A stretch of DNA of 63,731 nt, counting the filler, from Cercozoa sp. M6MM (Eukaryota; Protista; Endomyxa: Ascetosporea), in NCBI GenBank assembly GCA_040357565.1. It is 9 parts of 9 records of this genome, joined end to end, with 100 filler letters (N's around TTAATTAATTAA, not from the genome) between each part and the next. Parts side by side here need not be neighbours in the genome. Positions count along the whole stretch, not along the records: positions 3,952 to 20,801 come from JBDODJ010000277.1; positions 20,902 to 28,052 come from JBDODJ010000651.1; positions 28,153 to 37,224 come from JBDODJ010000495.1; 6 more parts are not named here. One strand, written 5' to 3'. Of the stretch, positions 13,375-31,200 are shown piece by piece; the stretch's first letter is position 1, and every line of letters starts with the position of its first letter. The notes under the pieces are model-generated. The model did no database searches, was not told the origin of the DNA, and saw only the letters and a list, made by a program, of their open reading frames with translations. The position numbers were made by a program, and so were the translations under genes.

Positions 13375-14644
13375 ATGGCACAGCCTCCAGCCACCGAGTT
13401 GCTAAATAGTTGACTTGAGTTGCGAGTCGCTGTGCTCTTATGCGTGTGCCACAGGAGCCGGAGAACCAACGCTGGCTGATAATAGCGTGCTTGTTGGCGG
13501 CCGCAACGACTCAAGTGCATGCCGAGTGTTTTGTGCAGAGATTCACAGAGGCATTCTTCACACCAGAGACTGCGACAGCTGCACAAAACACCTCCCAAGG
13601 TTTGCCGAACGAGCTGGAAGCATGGCAATCCCTTTTATGCCCTGCACCGGCGCCTTTCGTGCCAGACATTTCACCGGTACCTTTCACGCTTTTTTGTTGG
13701 ATGCTGAAAAGCCCGAAAGATGTTGTTTTGTATCAGCTCATGCAAGGGCTCACGGAAACTTCAATCCCAATAAATGATGTTCGCGTTCCGGTGCTTAAGT
13801 ACTCGCCTCCGCAGCTCGCTCAAATTAGTTCGCAGGTATCGATTAAAATGCTTCAGGAGGATTTTTTGGTGGAATTTTATTGTATCAGTTCAAGGCGAGT
13901 AAAATCGAGATCATTCACCTACAAGACCGGCTGACTTTGCTGAGGTCCGCATTGGACTTCCAACACTTAAGCCGGAAAAGGTGCATTAATTCCTGCTCAA
14001 CACCATATGAAAGAGAGAGATGAGCTGCAGTTTAGCCCTTTATGGTATCAACCATGAAACAGAGGACCAAACGATGTGGACCGAGCATCGCCATTGGACT
14101 CTCATTTAAACAGCATTCGCAACGGAGTGCAGGACCAACTTCGCGAAGTACGGAACTCCCTCACCAAGCGTTTGAATTCGCGAGATGGAGACCTCGTCAG
14201 TTCTTCTCACGAACAGTACTAAAAAATACTGCTTCGCTACGAATTCTGGTATCAACTGAACCGACCAACTGCCAGGTTGACGAAACTTGCCGGCGCGAAA
14301 ATTGGTCGTTTTTCGTCGCGTAAAACGCAACATTTGGATCACTACGCACTCTACTACCAGGTCGCGTATACGAAATACACCAACGAAGTGGCATGCCAGA
14401 GAAACATCGGCGAACTACTCTGGCGCATTGCTGTGCAGTACATTCAGCCCGCGATTGCCCCTATTTTTACCTTCCTGCTTTTGTTCAGTTGAAACTTCGA
14501 ATGCTGAGTATGGGCCCGACGACTGAGATTCCGCCAGTGCTGAAACTACAGGGCAGCAACAGCGAAAAACGACTGCATCAGCAAATGACACTGCTAAAAG
14601 AACTGGTAAAACTACCTGTAGTCGAAACGTCAACAGCAATTTAA
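13375..14644 (+). CDS. Hypothetical protein (exon structure unresolved)
   Basis: Several 70-160 aa ORFs with GT-AG-bounded gaps on the + strand. I could not close a single frame. Confidence 0.25.
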
Positions 14645-14869
14645 CTGAACCCATGGTCAACATCTAACCCAGGAAGTGCGCATCAGAAGACGCTCGCTGG
14701 GTATGCAACCTGACAGAGAAGAAGTCTGCACACGCGCTGACGCTCACTCTGACGGTGACACTGACTGGGTCAGTCTGTGCGAGGCCACCACCACGTGCGC
14801 GTGCAGCGACCCAACCTACTCTGATGCAAGTCAGTGTTACCACTGCACTCGAGAGGACGAAGCCGACCT

Positions 14870-16089
14870 CACTCAGCTTGGCGTCTGTGTCTCCGAGATG
14901 CTCCCGCTCTGGGCTGTGCCACGTTGACCTTCACGAAGATGTTGATCGGCTCGACAAATCGTGATGTGTACCGTACCATACACAGTACATGCATGCGCGC
15001 GCCCCATGAGGACAGGTTGTAGACAGTCTAGAACGCTTCGACAGTCCAGGGCGGCTAGGACTGATCAATATCAAAGGAAAGTCGATGCCAACCAGCGTCA
15101 ACGGAGCCTTAGCCGTTTGCGATGCTGGGTTGACTTGCTTGTTTCTGAAACCATACAAAGACAATAAACACACGCATAAATACATGAAAAGACTACCAGC
15201 AAGGCAGACCAGGCCGAGGTCCAGTTCTGCACGGACGTGAGAATGCCAGCAGAGTATTTGTCTGCGAATTTCAGAACAAAAGAAAACCCAAACTTCTGGG
15301 ATACGCAGAACAAAAGAAAACCAAACTTCTAAGGAAACGCTCAGACAGTTCTACAAGGTGCCCGGACTCGACTCCTCATGGGGGCGGAGCGCCGTTGGAT
15401 ACGTCACGTTAGTACGGTACAACGATAAGACACGATACTAGCGGTATGCCGTGCGATGGTTGAACTGCCGATAACGACATGCGATGAGTTTAACGGGAAA
15501 GCTCGTCATCCGACTCATCATCGGAATTTTTGGCCTTTAAAGGGAAGCCTCGAAGCTCCGCTGCCAAGAGGAGATCCACCTTCGAGTCGTCATCCAAGTC
15601 AGACTCGACAGCCTCGTCGTCAGTCTTCTCGACAGCCTCGTCGTCAGTCTCCCCGACAGCCTCGTGCGACTGCTGCTTCTTACGCCACGGGAACGGCGTT
15701 CCGCGTTTTCGCATGTGCTCGTCTTCCACCTGTGCAGTTAGGAGATAAACCTGCCTACCTTTGATGAACAGAGCAGAGCAAGCGCATACCAGGTCAACGA
15801 TATCGTCGGCATAGATCTGAAAGTAACTCAAACGACTCGAAAGACACTTCTGCACATCAGTTAGTCTCTCCAGAACGCCTGCACAACACGCAATACAGAC
15901 ATAAGTAGACAAGAAACAGATTGTACGCTGCGAGTCGAGGAACGAGTGCGGCTTCAGGCAGCGCATCACCCAGGAGAGCTTCCGCATGAGGAATCTCAGT
16001 CTACAAACACCCAAGTACCAAGTACCAAGTACCAAGTACCAAGTACCAAGTACCAAGTACCAAGTACCAAGTACCAAGTACCAAGTACC

Positions 16090-16140
<51 letters not shown>

Positions 16141-16150
16141 NNNNNNNNNN

Positions 16151-16202
<52 letters not shown>

Positions 16203-17632
16203 ACACACAGACACAGACACAGACACAGACACAGACACTCACACACACACAGACACACGCACAGACACACAGACACACAAGAGCTATAAGCAAAAACAAC
16301 GTACTGAACAGGCGACCAACGATCGTTCCCCATTTCGTTTTGAATGAAGTTGAGCGTGCCAATCAGGGCCGACACCTGCCCAAAGCAACACAAAAACAAC
16401 GCGTATCTCACTTCCTTCTTGACTGGACAAACACAAACCTCCGAGCGATTCGGGACGTAATTATCTATGTACTTGAGTCGTTTGGGCAAACGGTTCTGGG
16501 AGAAGGGAGGGGTAAAGACAAAGTGCTAACAAGAAGGAGGAAACGCTACCAGCAAGATGGAGATGTTGGTTAAAGAGTAGTTCGTGACTTTATCCTTCGA
16601 GTTCACTTTCTGTGGGCACTCAAGTCCATAGAACTTTCATTCAGCGGGCACACAGAGCATAACTACTTTGAGAGCAGTGATGAGCAGTCGATGCGACAAG
16701 AACTGCAGCTTTGCCGGCGATGCCCAGGACTGAACTTGCACACAAAGACACATGAAGAGTGTCCCCCCCCCCCCACCCCAGGGAGGGAGAGTCAGGCAAT
16801 CTCTACCGGACTATCGGCGTCAAACCGCAGGTTATTCGAGGCGAGCCAACGCTGCATCTGGTGGATGCACGATAGGAACGGTCGGACCGAGCGGATGTCG
16901 ACCGTGTCTTCCTCGAGCCAGACCCTGTGCATGTGTGCTTCTAGCACAATCCAACACAAACACGGCTGGCACAAAACGATGAGCTACGATTTCAGGAAGT
17001 ATCGAATGGAGTCTTGCAAGTTCACAAAGTTCTCCACCCGCACCAGTCCGGGCTTTCTCCATTGTTTAAGCATCGATACAGCTGACAGCAGAGAGAAAAC
17101 TCCAACTCATATAACAACCAAACAGTCAAACCTGCACACACACACCTTCTTGAAACAGGTCGAGTCGCTCCTTTTTCAGACAAGCCACGGCCAGTGCAAC
17201 GTTGACGTTTCTGTGCTCGGGTGTCATTTCCTTCAGTTCCGCCTCGAGCTGCATCATGAAAGGCTCAAATCAAACCCAAAGCAGTCAAGCATACACTATA
17301 CCTGCTCATCCGTGTACATTTCGAACTCGCGGAACTCGTCTTCATCCGAAGCGTAATCACGGCGCGTTGAGAAGCGCTCAGTCTTCTGAAAGTTCGTCAC
17401 CTCTCTCGGGCCAAAGTCCTCCAAGTCCTCAGAACTGCTGCACTCGTCGTCTGAATCCGAATCACTCCAGTCATCAGCATCAGGGATACGCTCTGTTGAA
17501 ACCGACAAGAATCGGCACGGCTGCTGCAGCACCTGTCACAAGCACGAGTCAGAAGGAAAAGGGAAACACAAAAGCAAAACAAAAACTACTCACCGTGAGC
17601 AAGCGCCGTGCACGCAAAGCACGACACAACAT
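14870..17632 (-). CDS. Hypothetical, probably mitochondrion-targeted protein (3' end uncertain)
   Basis: Spliced N-terminus MLCRALRARRLLT/VLQQPCRFLS is Arg-rich and acid-free like a transit peptide, followed by an acidic tract; multiple downstream exons. Confidence 0.4.
16011..16094. repeat. Tandem heptamer (CCAAGTA)x12 followed by a (CA)n tract, intronic
   Basis: Seen directly in the sequence. Confidence 0.95.
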
Positions 17633-17798
17633 CTTGTGTTACAAGGTCGCTCTGGATTTCAAAAGAACGCGAAATTTGAGGCACTTGAATTTGGTCAGCA
17701 ACCTTAATTAAATATATTTGTGTTGCTGTCGCGTGCATCGATTCGTCAGTACGTACCGTTCTAGCTAAGCAACAATCAGGACTAGACTAGCTTCATGA

Positions 17799-18566
17799 CT
17801 ACTTGGACTTGAGTGTCTTGTCGCGCACGTCGAGTTGCTTGACCTATAGAGCGTTCCAACATCGCAACGAAGGGCAATCGATCGCTGCGAAAAAAAGGTA
17901 CAGTGGCCAGCACGTTCTTCTTGTTGGTTTCCACAATGCGTCCGTTTTGCACCATCTCATCCAGGATGAAGTGTGCCTACAGTATGGCATGTTCAGCAAG
18001 TCAACTTTAACCGGAACACAAGAGCACCTTCTCGAGGTTGTACATGATATCAAGCTCGCACACTGACGTAAAGAACGCGTCGAGACTCTCCACAAAGCAC
18101 TAAGGCACAAGAAAGCTTAATTTAAAAACACTCAGAGAAACGCGTGCGGGTGGAGAATACACGAAAATCAATACAAGAAAATCAACCTGAATCAGCTCAA
18201 GCAAAGCGATCTCGTTGTCCGCGTCTTCTTCGCGGCTGGTCGGATTGCGCGAGCCCACCAGGAAGAACAGCGAAGCGTACCGCCGGTACACCTGTTCACA
18301 TCGAGAGAATATTGAATCGACAAACGACGGCACAAGGGGTGCTACCACTTTGACGTCACGCCAGTCAAAGAAGCTGCACTGACGGTCCTTGCGTGACAAA
18401 CAGGTGCGAACCACCTCACTTTCCTGCACGTCGAGTGAACCTTTTTGTACATCGCACAATTGGATCTCCCTACCAGAGCAGAGCGCTCTTGTCGCGTCTT
18501 GTCGACAAAGTAGCGACTCAGGCGCGTCTGTCCTTGCTTGTTGACGAGCAGCACAAACTCGATCAT
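17799..18566 (-). CDS. AP4S1: AP-4 adaptor complex sigma subunit
   Basis: MIEFVLLVNKQGQTRLSRYF...VYRRYASLFFLVG...[53 protein letters not shown]; 5 introns. The KQGQTRL motif is typical of sigma-4. Confidence 0.88.
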
Positions 18567-18811
18567 CGCCAAACCACCAAATTCTGTCACCTAAAACAAG
18601 CACCACTCTAGTGGGTTCACACGTGTGCTAAAACAATATCAGCACTCTTGCATTGCTTTGACGCTGTGCTCTGGCCGCACTGACGCCCTCCGAAGCTTTA
18701 AGAATATTGGTATTTTGATCGTCAGGTCTCACAATGATGTTGTTGTAATTTATCATTCTTTCAATTCTATGTTGCGTCCAGTTGTCTTCCGCTGGGGGAG
18801 TTCGTTTCAGT

Positions 18812-20628
18812 TCAGTACTGGATGTGGCCGTAGCCGTTGTCGTACTGGTTGTACGAGGCGTAGCTGTTGTCGTAGCCCTGCGAGTAGCCGCCGCTGCCGT
18901 AACTGCCAGAGCTGCCGTAGGCACCAATGTTGCCGTAGCCGTTGTCGTACTGGTCGTACGAGGCGTACGAGTTGTCGTAACCAGCGTAGCCGTAGCTGTT
19001 GTCGTGGCCACCGTAGCTCGGCGCACCGTAGCTGTTGTCGTAGCCGCCGTAGCTGTTGTCGTAACCACCGTAGCTGTTGTCGTAGCCGCCGTAGCTGTTG
19101 TCATAGCCACCGTAGCTGTTGCCGTAGCCGCCGTAGCTGTTGTCGTAGCCACCGTAGCTCGGTGCACCGTACGAGTCGTAGCCTACACAAGAAAAATACC
19201 ATCACTCAGTCCTTATACATTACAGTAATTTACAGTAGATGCACTCTGTTGAGCTTAGAATTAAAAGTTAAATTTACCGTAGCCTGGCTGTTCGTAGCCA
19301 TAGCTACTGCCGTAGTTGCTGCCGTAGCTACCGCCGTAACTGCTGCCGTAGCCGTAGTGTTTCTGCGGCTTCGGCTTGCCCAAGTGGGGACGCGCGAACT
19401 TAAGGATCAGTTCCGACACGGGCAACACCTGCGCGCAGTGTTGAAAGGATACTGATAAAGGAAAACAAGGTGAGAGAAGTGTATTCAAACACAAGGCAAC
19501 CGACCGGGTAGGGACCGTCAGGAAGAGGAGTGGCCGCGGTATTTTGCGGATCACCCGCTGCGTTATCGAAGCGCAGAAGGATGAGCACGATATTGTTGAA
19601 CTGCCAGTTCTTGCCGTTCACCAAATGTTGCATCTCCTTGGACATGTCAATGTCAAGAAGTGCTCCCTCGACCTGCGACTTGACCAAACTGTCGTCCTTG
19701 CCAGTGAGACCCTTCTTCAGCAGAGCGCCCACAGCCTTGCCGTCCTCACCACTACAACAAGAGCATTTCAGTTTTTACACGCCATGTTTTCACGGTGTCT
19801 CGACTCTAAAATAACTTTACCACTTGTTGGGGAAGGCGGTAGCATCGACCACGTAGTCAATTGCCGTGTCCGACAGCAGCTTCGGCAATGACGTGTCGTC
19901 AACGCTGGCCATCCAGAACTTGGCCACATCGTCATCTTCGACAACACCTTCGACTCCGATACGCAGCGAGGCACGCACCTTGCTCGCCTTCTTCACGATC
20001 GGCACGCGGAAGCCGAGCAGACCGGCGTGCTCGTGGTCACCGTCCAGAACTGTGGCATCACCAAGTGCCTGGAACACTTCCGCGAACAGACAGATCGTGT
20101 CGTCTGACGACAGCACGTTGTTGGGATCGACAGCGCCGTCCTCGAGCACAGAGAGGGCCAGAGACGGTTTGGAGGATAGGCCCGTGCACCACTTGGGACC
20201 TGCCAATATCGTGGGCTACATTTTCCTACATTCGAAATAAAACTCATTTACACAGATGAGGAGCCTTGGCGTTCATGGCCGACAGGCACTGCGAGGCACA
20301 CCCTTCGCCAGCCGAGGGGGCAGCACTGACACCTTCGAGTGCCTTGACCTTCTTGCTGAGCGAAGCCACTTGGCTTGCGATGTCTTCGAGCGACTTTGTG
20401 GGTGCGTAGTCGGCACCGCCCTTGGCTGGTGCCTTGGTGCTCGAGGGCTTTCCGCCGTACATGCTCGAGTACTTGCTCTGGCTCGGCGGAGCATAGCTCG
20501 GAGTGCTCGGTGGGCCGTACTACAGTGCGTTTTTGAAGTGAGTGGTCGAAACAGAGGAAGCCAGAAAATGCGAAAAATACCTGAGCAGTCACGGCTGCAA
20601 CGAGGGTCGTCGAGAGAAGCAATTTCAT
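18812..20628 (-). CDS. Secreted protein with a Cys-containing globular region and a Tyr/Gly-rich (GGYDNSY)n C-terminal tail
   Basis: Signal-peptide-like MKLLLSTTLVAAVTAQ; spliced exons; last exon 18812-19182 reads GYDSYGAPSY(GGYDNSY)n...YGHIQY-TGA. This frame is absent from the ORF track. Confidence 0.75.
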
Positions 20629-20950
20629 CGGAACTGGGTCAAGAGGGTATCTAACGTTCACCTAAGAGTAACTGTGCAATGCAAAAGCCAAACAATCACT
20701 TTGCTGGAAGTGGGAAGCAATCAGCGGAAGGAGACAAAATAAGAAAAAGTGAAATATACAGCGAATATACCAAAAATCGCATTACCCAGATTCCGCGTCG
20801 ANNNNNNNNNNNNNNNNNNNNNNNNNNNNNNNNNNNNNNNNNNNNTTAATTAATTAANNNNNNNNNNNNNNNNNNNNNNNNNNNNNNNNNNNNNNNNNNN
20901 NACCCCTTACCCCCCCTACCCCCCCTTTACCCCCCTACCCCCCTGGACAG

Positions 20951-22367
20951 GACGCGTCGTCGCTCAACGTGGCGGTCGACGAGGGCCAGCAACTGCACGA
21001 GTAGCCACCTCTTTGTTAAAGGGGCCTCTCTCTCCTTGTTAAGGGCGTCTATGCATCCGCGCGGACACAGGCAGCGCGCCAACAAGGTTGTTTTCTACGG
21101 CGTTTTCTGGGACGACGCCGACGCGCGCGAGCGAGTGCTGCACGAGACCAAGGTACGCCGACTGTCTCTCTCTCTCTGACTGTGTCCATATGGACCGTCC
21201 GTATGGACCGTCCGTATGGACCGACCGTCTTGTTGGTCTGTCCATCTGTCCGTCCGTCTGTACGCAGGCCATGCTGGACGCCGAGTTGGACTTGGACGAC
21301 TTCCCCACCGAGAAGGCCGATCACGGTAGGAGTCACTTACCCCCCCCCCTCCCACCTTCACCTCAGTCGGCACGTGGCCCACCTGACTGACTGAGGGACT
21401 GAGTGACACGTGTGCTGACTGAGTGACACGTGTGTGCAGTCACCCTGGCGCACAAGTCGTCCGCACGGACGCAGGCCGACGTGTGGCAGCGCTGCGGCGC
21501 ACTGGCCGCGCAGCAGCAGCAGGTGCGTCACCCTTGTCGGTTTCTCTTGTTGTTTCAGTTGTTGTATTTGTGAGTGTCCGCGCGGACGAGTGTGTGTGTG
21601 GATGACTGCAGGTGACGGTGACCCTGCGGTCGGTGGCGGTGTCGCAGCGCGCCGTGTGTCTGCGTGCCTCGCTCGCTCTGCCCGACGGTAGGGGATTCCT
21701 TGGGGGTGGGGGTAAAGGGGAAAGGGGAGGGTAGGGGGTACACCATCCGCGCGGATGCAGGCACCTCGCTGGACGACTGCGTGACTTCGCAGGTGCCGCA
21801 CACCACGGTACCTCCTGTGTCTCTATAGTGTATCTGTATATATCTATATGTATCAGAATAGTGTGTATGTATATATATAATATACCTATATATACCTAAT
21901 ATACCTACATACACTACACATACACCTACATAAACATCTATATCAATATGTACCTATATAATTATAGATATATATATATATATATATATTACATATTTAT
22001 ATAAATATGCAGGTGCTGCTGCGCAAGCGCGTTTCTCCTGTCGAAAGCGGCGACGTGTGCCGTCTCCTGGACGGACAGCCTTGTCAGGTACTGGATACAG
22101 TACCTCCCCTCAGTACGGAACAAGCCTGTCCGTGTGTAGAACTCGAGTGCCGAGGCACACGGCCAGGTGCGCGAACTGCGCTTCGAGGAGCCGCTGCTGC
22201 TGCGCGGCACTGTGCGCGCCTTCCCGCTCTCCAACCGCAACAACAACAACAACAGCAACAACAACAACAACAACAACAACGGGAAGGCAGAGGACGGCGA
22301 CGAGAGGCGGCCGCGCCGACGCGGAGGACGACACCGCCGCCGCCGACAGACAGGCCGACGTGACTAA
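20951..22367 (+). CDS. C-terminal 2H cyclic phosphodiesterase domain of a Trl1/plant-RNL-type tRNA ligase (5' truncated)
   Basis: Splicing creates two HxT motifs, KADH/VTLAHKSS and SQVPHTT/VLL, plus the terminal FEEPLLLRGTVRAF. These resemble the plant RNL CPDase (HVTLAHK...PHVT). Confidence 0.65.
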
Positions 22368-22879
22368 ACTTTCCTTCGGAGACGCTCGCTTGTTAGTTGT
22401 GGCGTGGCTGTATCCAATGGATGAAACGGCTTGAAGCCAAATCGTCGATGACAGTTTGTGTTCTCGTTTCTTAGTAGCTATTAGTGAGCCTGGGCGTGTG
22501 CCTATGGTGATGTCTTCACGTTACGCTCATGTACTATCCTGCAAGCTGCCCTGCTGTCGTGTGATGGGTGAAACGGAAGATTGATCTGTCGTGGTCTTGC
22601 TGGTCGGAGGCTCGTTGTATCGATACTCTCTGTTCCCATCGTTGATGTCGTCAGCGAAGATGGGTGGTCGGTGATTGGTGTTGACACAAGAAGCGAGCAT
22701 CCAAGAGAGACCTTGGACACACTGCGTGTGTTTTGCTGCCGCGAGAGTGTCCGCGTGGGCGTAAAGCGAAAAGCTGTGATTTGCGTACGACTGTACTGGG
22801 TGAGTCTGAAGGGCCGCACATGTTGTTTTGTTTTTAATGATGCGTGTTTCTGCCTGCAAAGTTGATCGCGAAAGACGAG

Positions 22880-28052
<5,173 letters not shown>

Positions 28053-28152
28053 NNNNNNNNNNNNNNNNNNNNNNNNNNNNNNNNNNNNNNNNNNNNTTAA
28101 TTAATTAANNNNNNNNNNNNNNNNNNNNNNNNNNNNNNNNNNNNNNNNNNNN

Positions 28153-28195
<43 letters not shown>

Positions 28196-28204
28196 TTCAC
28201 AAAA

Positions 28205-31200
28205 GGCGCTGCCCTCGTTGGCAAATCCACTGCGTTCGTTGACTTTCGTGCGCTTATTTTTGCGCTGCGTGACTGTCTGTACCGCAATCCAGAAATCCGA
28301 CTGACGGCTGCCATGCTTGCTGCAAAGTAAAGTTTTGTTTGCTTCTTAGTTTCGTTTATCTTTGATATTTTTCGTTTTTATACACTCTTGCAGGCAGAAA
28401 AACGGGCCGGCTTTGATGACGCTGCTGCGACTGTTCCCGCGTGACGACTTCGTTGTTGCCGTCGTTTTGCTTGCTTTGCGGTATTTTTGCGATATGGCGT
28501 GTGATCATTTCTGTCGAAATTATCTGCCGCTACAGGCGTTTAAATCCGCCGCGTGGTTTGTGGAGAAAAGTTCTCGCCCTGTGGACTGAAGGTACGGCAA
28601 CAGGATCGCCCGCTGTGTCGATATTTGTTTGTATTCTAGGCGGCAATTCGTTGTGCTCTGTTGCGTTGAATCAACTCCAATACTCAAATTTTAACTTCGT
28701 ACATTTTGACTTTACACGCCCGCAGGTGTCATTCCACTCACATACTTTCATTTTCGCAGGCACACAGCATCGTGCTGAACTCGGAAAAACGCAGCGACTG
28801 GCGGTTTCTCGTTTGTGCCGACCTCGAACTTGTATCTTCTCAGTGTGTTTGTTTTTGTTTAACTCAATGTGTATTCCCCGTGTTTCATAGGGACAAGCGA
28901 ATCCTGTGTTCTGGGACCTGCTTTTGTTGCATTTGCGCGAATACCCGCGAACGTGGCGCGGTCACCCCGTTGACTTGAATGTTGAAACTAACGATGACAA
29001 CGACAATACCAATGACAGCATCGATGATGACGAAAGCAACGAAGACGGTGTTGACTATGTCGGTCCTGACGATCCCCAGAGCGGTAGAATTGTTTTTTTA
29101 ATTCGTATGCTTTGTTTTTTGTGCTGTTTTATGTTTGGTCCTTTGTGCTGTGCTGTGTCTTCAGTACTCATGGCAGCCGCGATCGACGACACTACCGATC
29201 GCGTTACGGACCGAACCATCGCAGGACCTTTGATGCGACCGATGCTGGCTGCAGCTGTCCTGACACGTGCCTTTCACGAGGCAAGGCTTTCGTTAACCTT
29301 CTCTTCTGCCCTGTGCGTGTGCTGATTGCGTGTGTGTTTTGTGTGACAGCTTGGTCCGGATTTTCGACTAGTCACGTCGATCTTGCCAGTGTAAGTTTCC
29401 TTTTTCTTTAACTTCCTTGTCAGTTGAACTGTTGGCGTTTGGTGCTTCAGTGTCGCCGACCTGACGCGTCGCGAGTTGCGTCTGGATCTTGGCGATTTGG
29501 CGGTAGATCTGCCCTGAATTCACCTGCTGTTCGCACATTCCTACCAACTCTTCCTTGCCTTGCAGAGCATCGACGATGTACCTCTTGAACGTGTGCCGGA
29601 ACTAACCCTGATGGTGCGTGTAGTCTTAGCCCTGTGGAGAGGTTTCCTACTGTATGTCTCTGTGAGTGCAGGCACACGCCGCTCGCGTGGCCAAGTTTCT
29701 GTGCGACTCTGACCACCACAGTGACGCACTCGACGTGTTCCTGTCCGAGACTGAGCACTGGCTGCGATGGTACATACACAAAGCAACACGTGTCGTGACC
29801 TGGCATGCGTGTTTTGTTTTCAGGGAGCACGAAATGCTGAACCCAAGCGACGTCAGTAAAGGTGCGAATGCTCCAACTCTCCTTTTTATACGCAAAGTTT
29901 AACTTGTTGTGTTTTGTTTCAACAGTCGTGCACGAGCGACCACCCACCTTTAGTCAGTTATCTCGCAACAAACGACGCGAGTTCGCTTTGTTTGTATCCT
30001 TTCTTTTCACATTCGTTTCTTTCGACTGCAGGTTCTGATTGAGAGAGTGTATTCGCAGCGACACCGAGTGATACCGACCCCAGTTGTTGTCGCTGCCATT
30101 CGTAGCTCGCGCTCTCTACGCGAGGTCCCGTTTTCTCCCTCTTTTCCAGTGCCTTGTTTTCATTTATCCCCTCTCGTTGTGCTACTCTGTAGGCGCTTCA
30201 GCGACAAGCGAGAATGTCAGAGATCGAGCCGTCGCTTTCACATCGATCTGTCATTGTACCTTTCGTGTCTGTGCTGAAGGTGTAGTAGTAGTGTTAAAAA
30301 GCATCTGTGGTTGTGCTTCAGGAACTTTTGTTGGTGGCCGAGGCTCAGAAAGACCTGTCGCTTGTGGACCTCGCACGCCTGGCTGTACCTCTAACTTCTA
30401 GCACTACGCTGTTCATGTGAGCTTTTATTGTCAAACTGGAAAGCAGGCGCTACACGCAGCCGCACAGAGCAATCACGCGCCGCTCAAGTCGAAAACACGT
30501 GTGGACTTTGCGCAATTGTCGTGTCGTATACAGCGCTTCGTGCACGCACTCGATTCTGGTGCGTCGGTCGACTCTCGCGCATCTAAGGTTCTCTATGATC
30601 GTGGCCACAAGAAACTGCGTCGGGCTTCTACCCAGTTCGCGCAATTCTTGGCGCCAATGTTGGCACGGCTGCCTGATCAGCAAGAGGTATATCTTTCGCG
30701 CTTTGTTCTTTCTGTTGCAATAGCTTCGATTGCTCGTTCTCGCAGACTGAACAACTACTTGATTTGCTTGCGCCAGCATATCCTGGTATGCTTGTTTCGA
30801 CCTCTTTCGTGTTGTAACCATGTTTTCTGCAGACTTGAAATCGCGCTACATGACTGCGAAAGCTGCGCGACGCGGAAACTTGACTCATTCGCCAAGGAGG
30901 CGGCAGTCGCCGATTCCGCCTCGCTGCGCTGTCGCACTGCGAAATATCGTATTTTGATCCTTTTTGGATTCGCTTTTTTGTTTGGAGGAAGTCAATATGT
31001 GGTGTGTTGATTGTTTGGCAGTTGCAAGAGTTTCGCATCGATCGCATCTTGCTCGACAAACAGCAAGAACGCGTTGACTTGCCGGACATGCCGTTTGACC
31101 AGTTGGACCGGACTCGAGAATTGTTTCCAGACCCGCGAATATGCTTCGACGAAAGTGCGGTCGAGGTGCGTATTTCTCTGGGGTTTGTTTTGTTCTCTGA

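Noticed and set aside
15490-16573. Long ORFs with CVCV, HTHT and YLVLGTW repeats
   Set aside because: Translations of intronic microsatellites.
18990-19180. 21-nt repeats as a CRISPR-like array
   Set aside because: No unique spacers; it is a coding tandem repeat with synonymous variation.
18625-19455. Cys/Arg-rich, Val/Ala-rich and Thr-rich ORFs in the ORF track
   Set aside because: Shadow frames of the GGYDNSY repeat exon on the minus strand.
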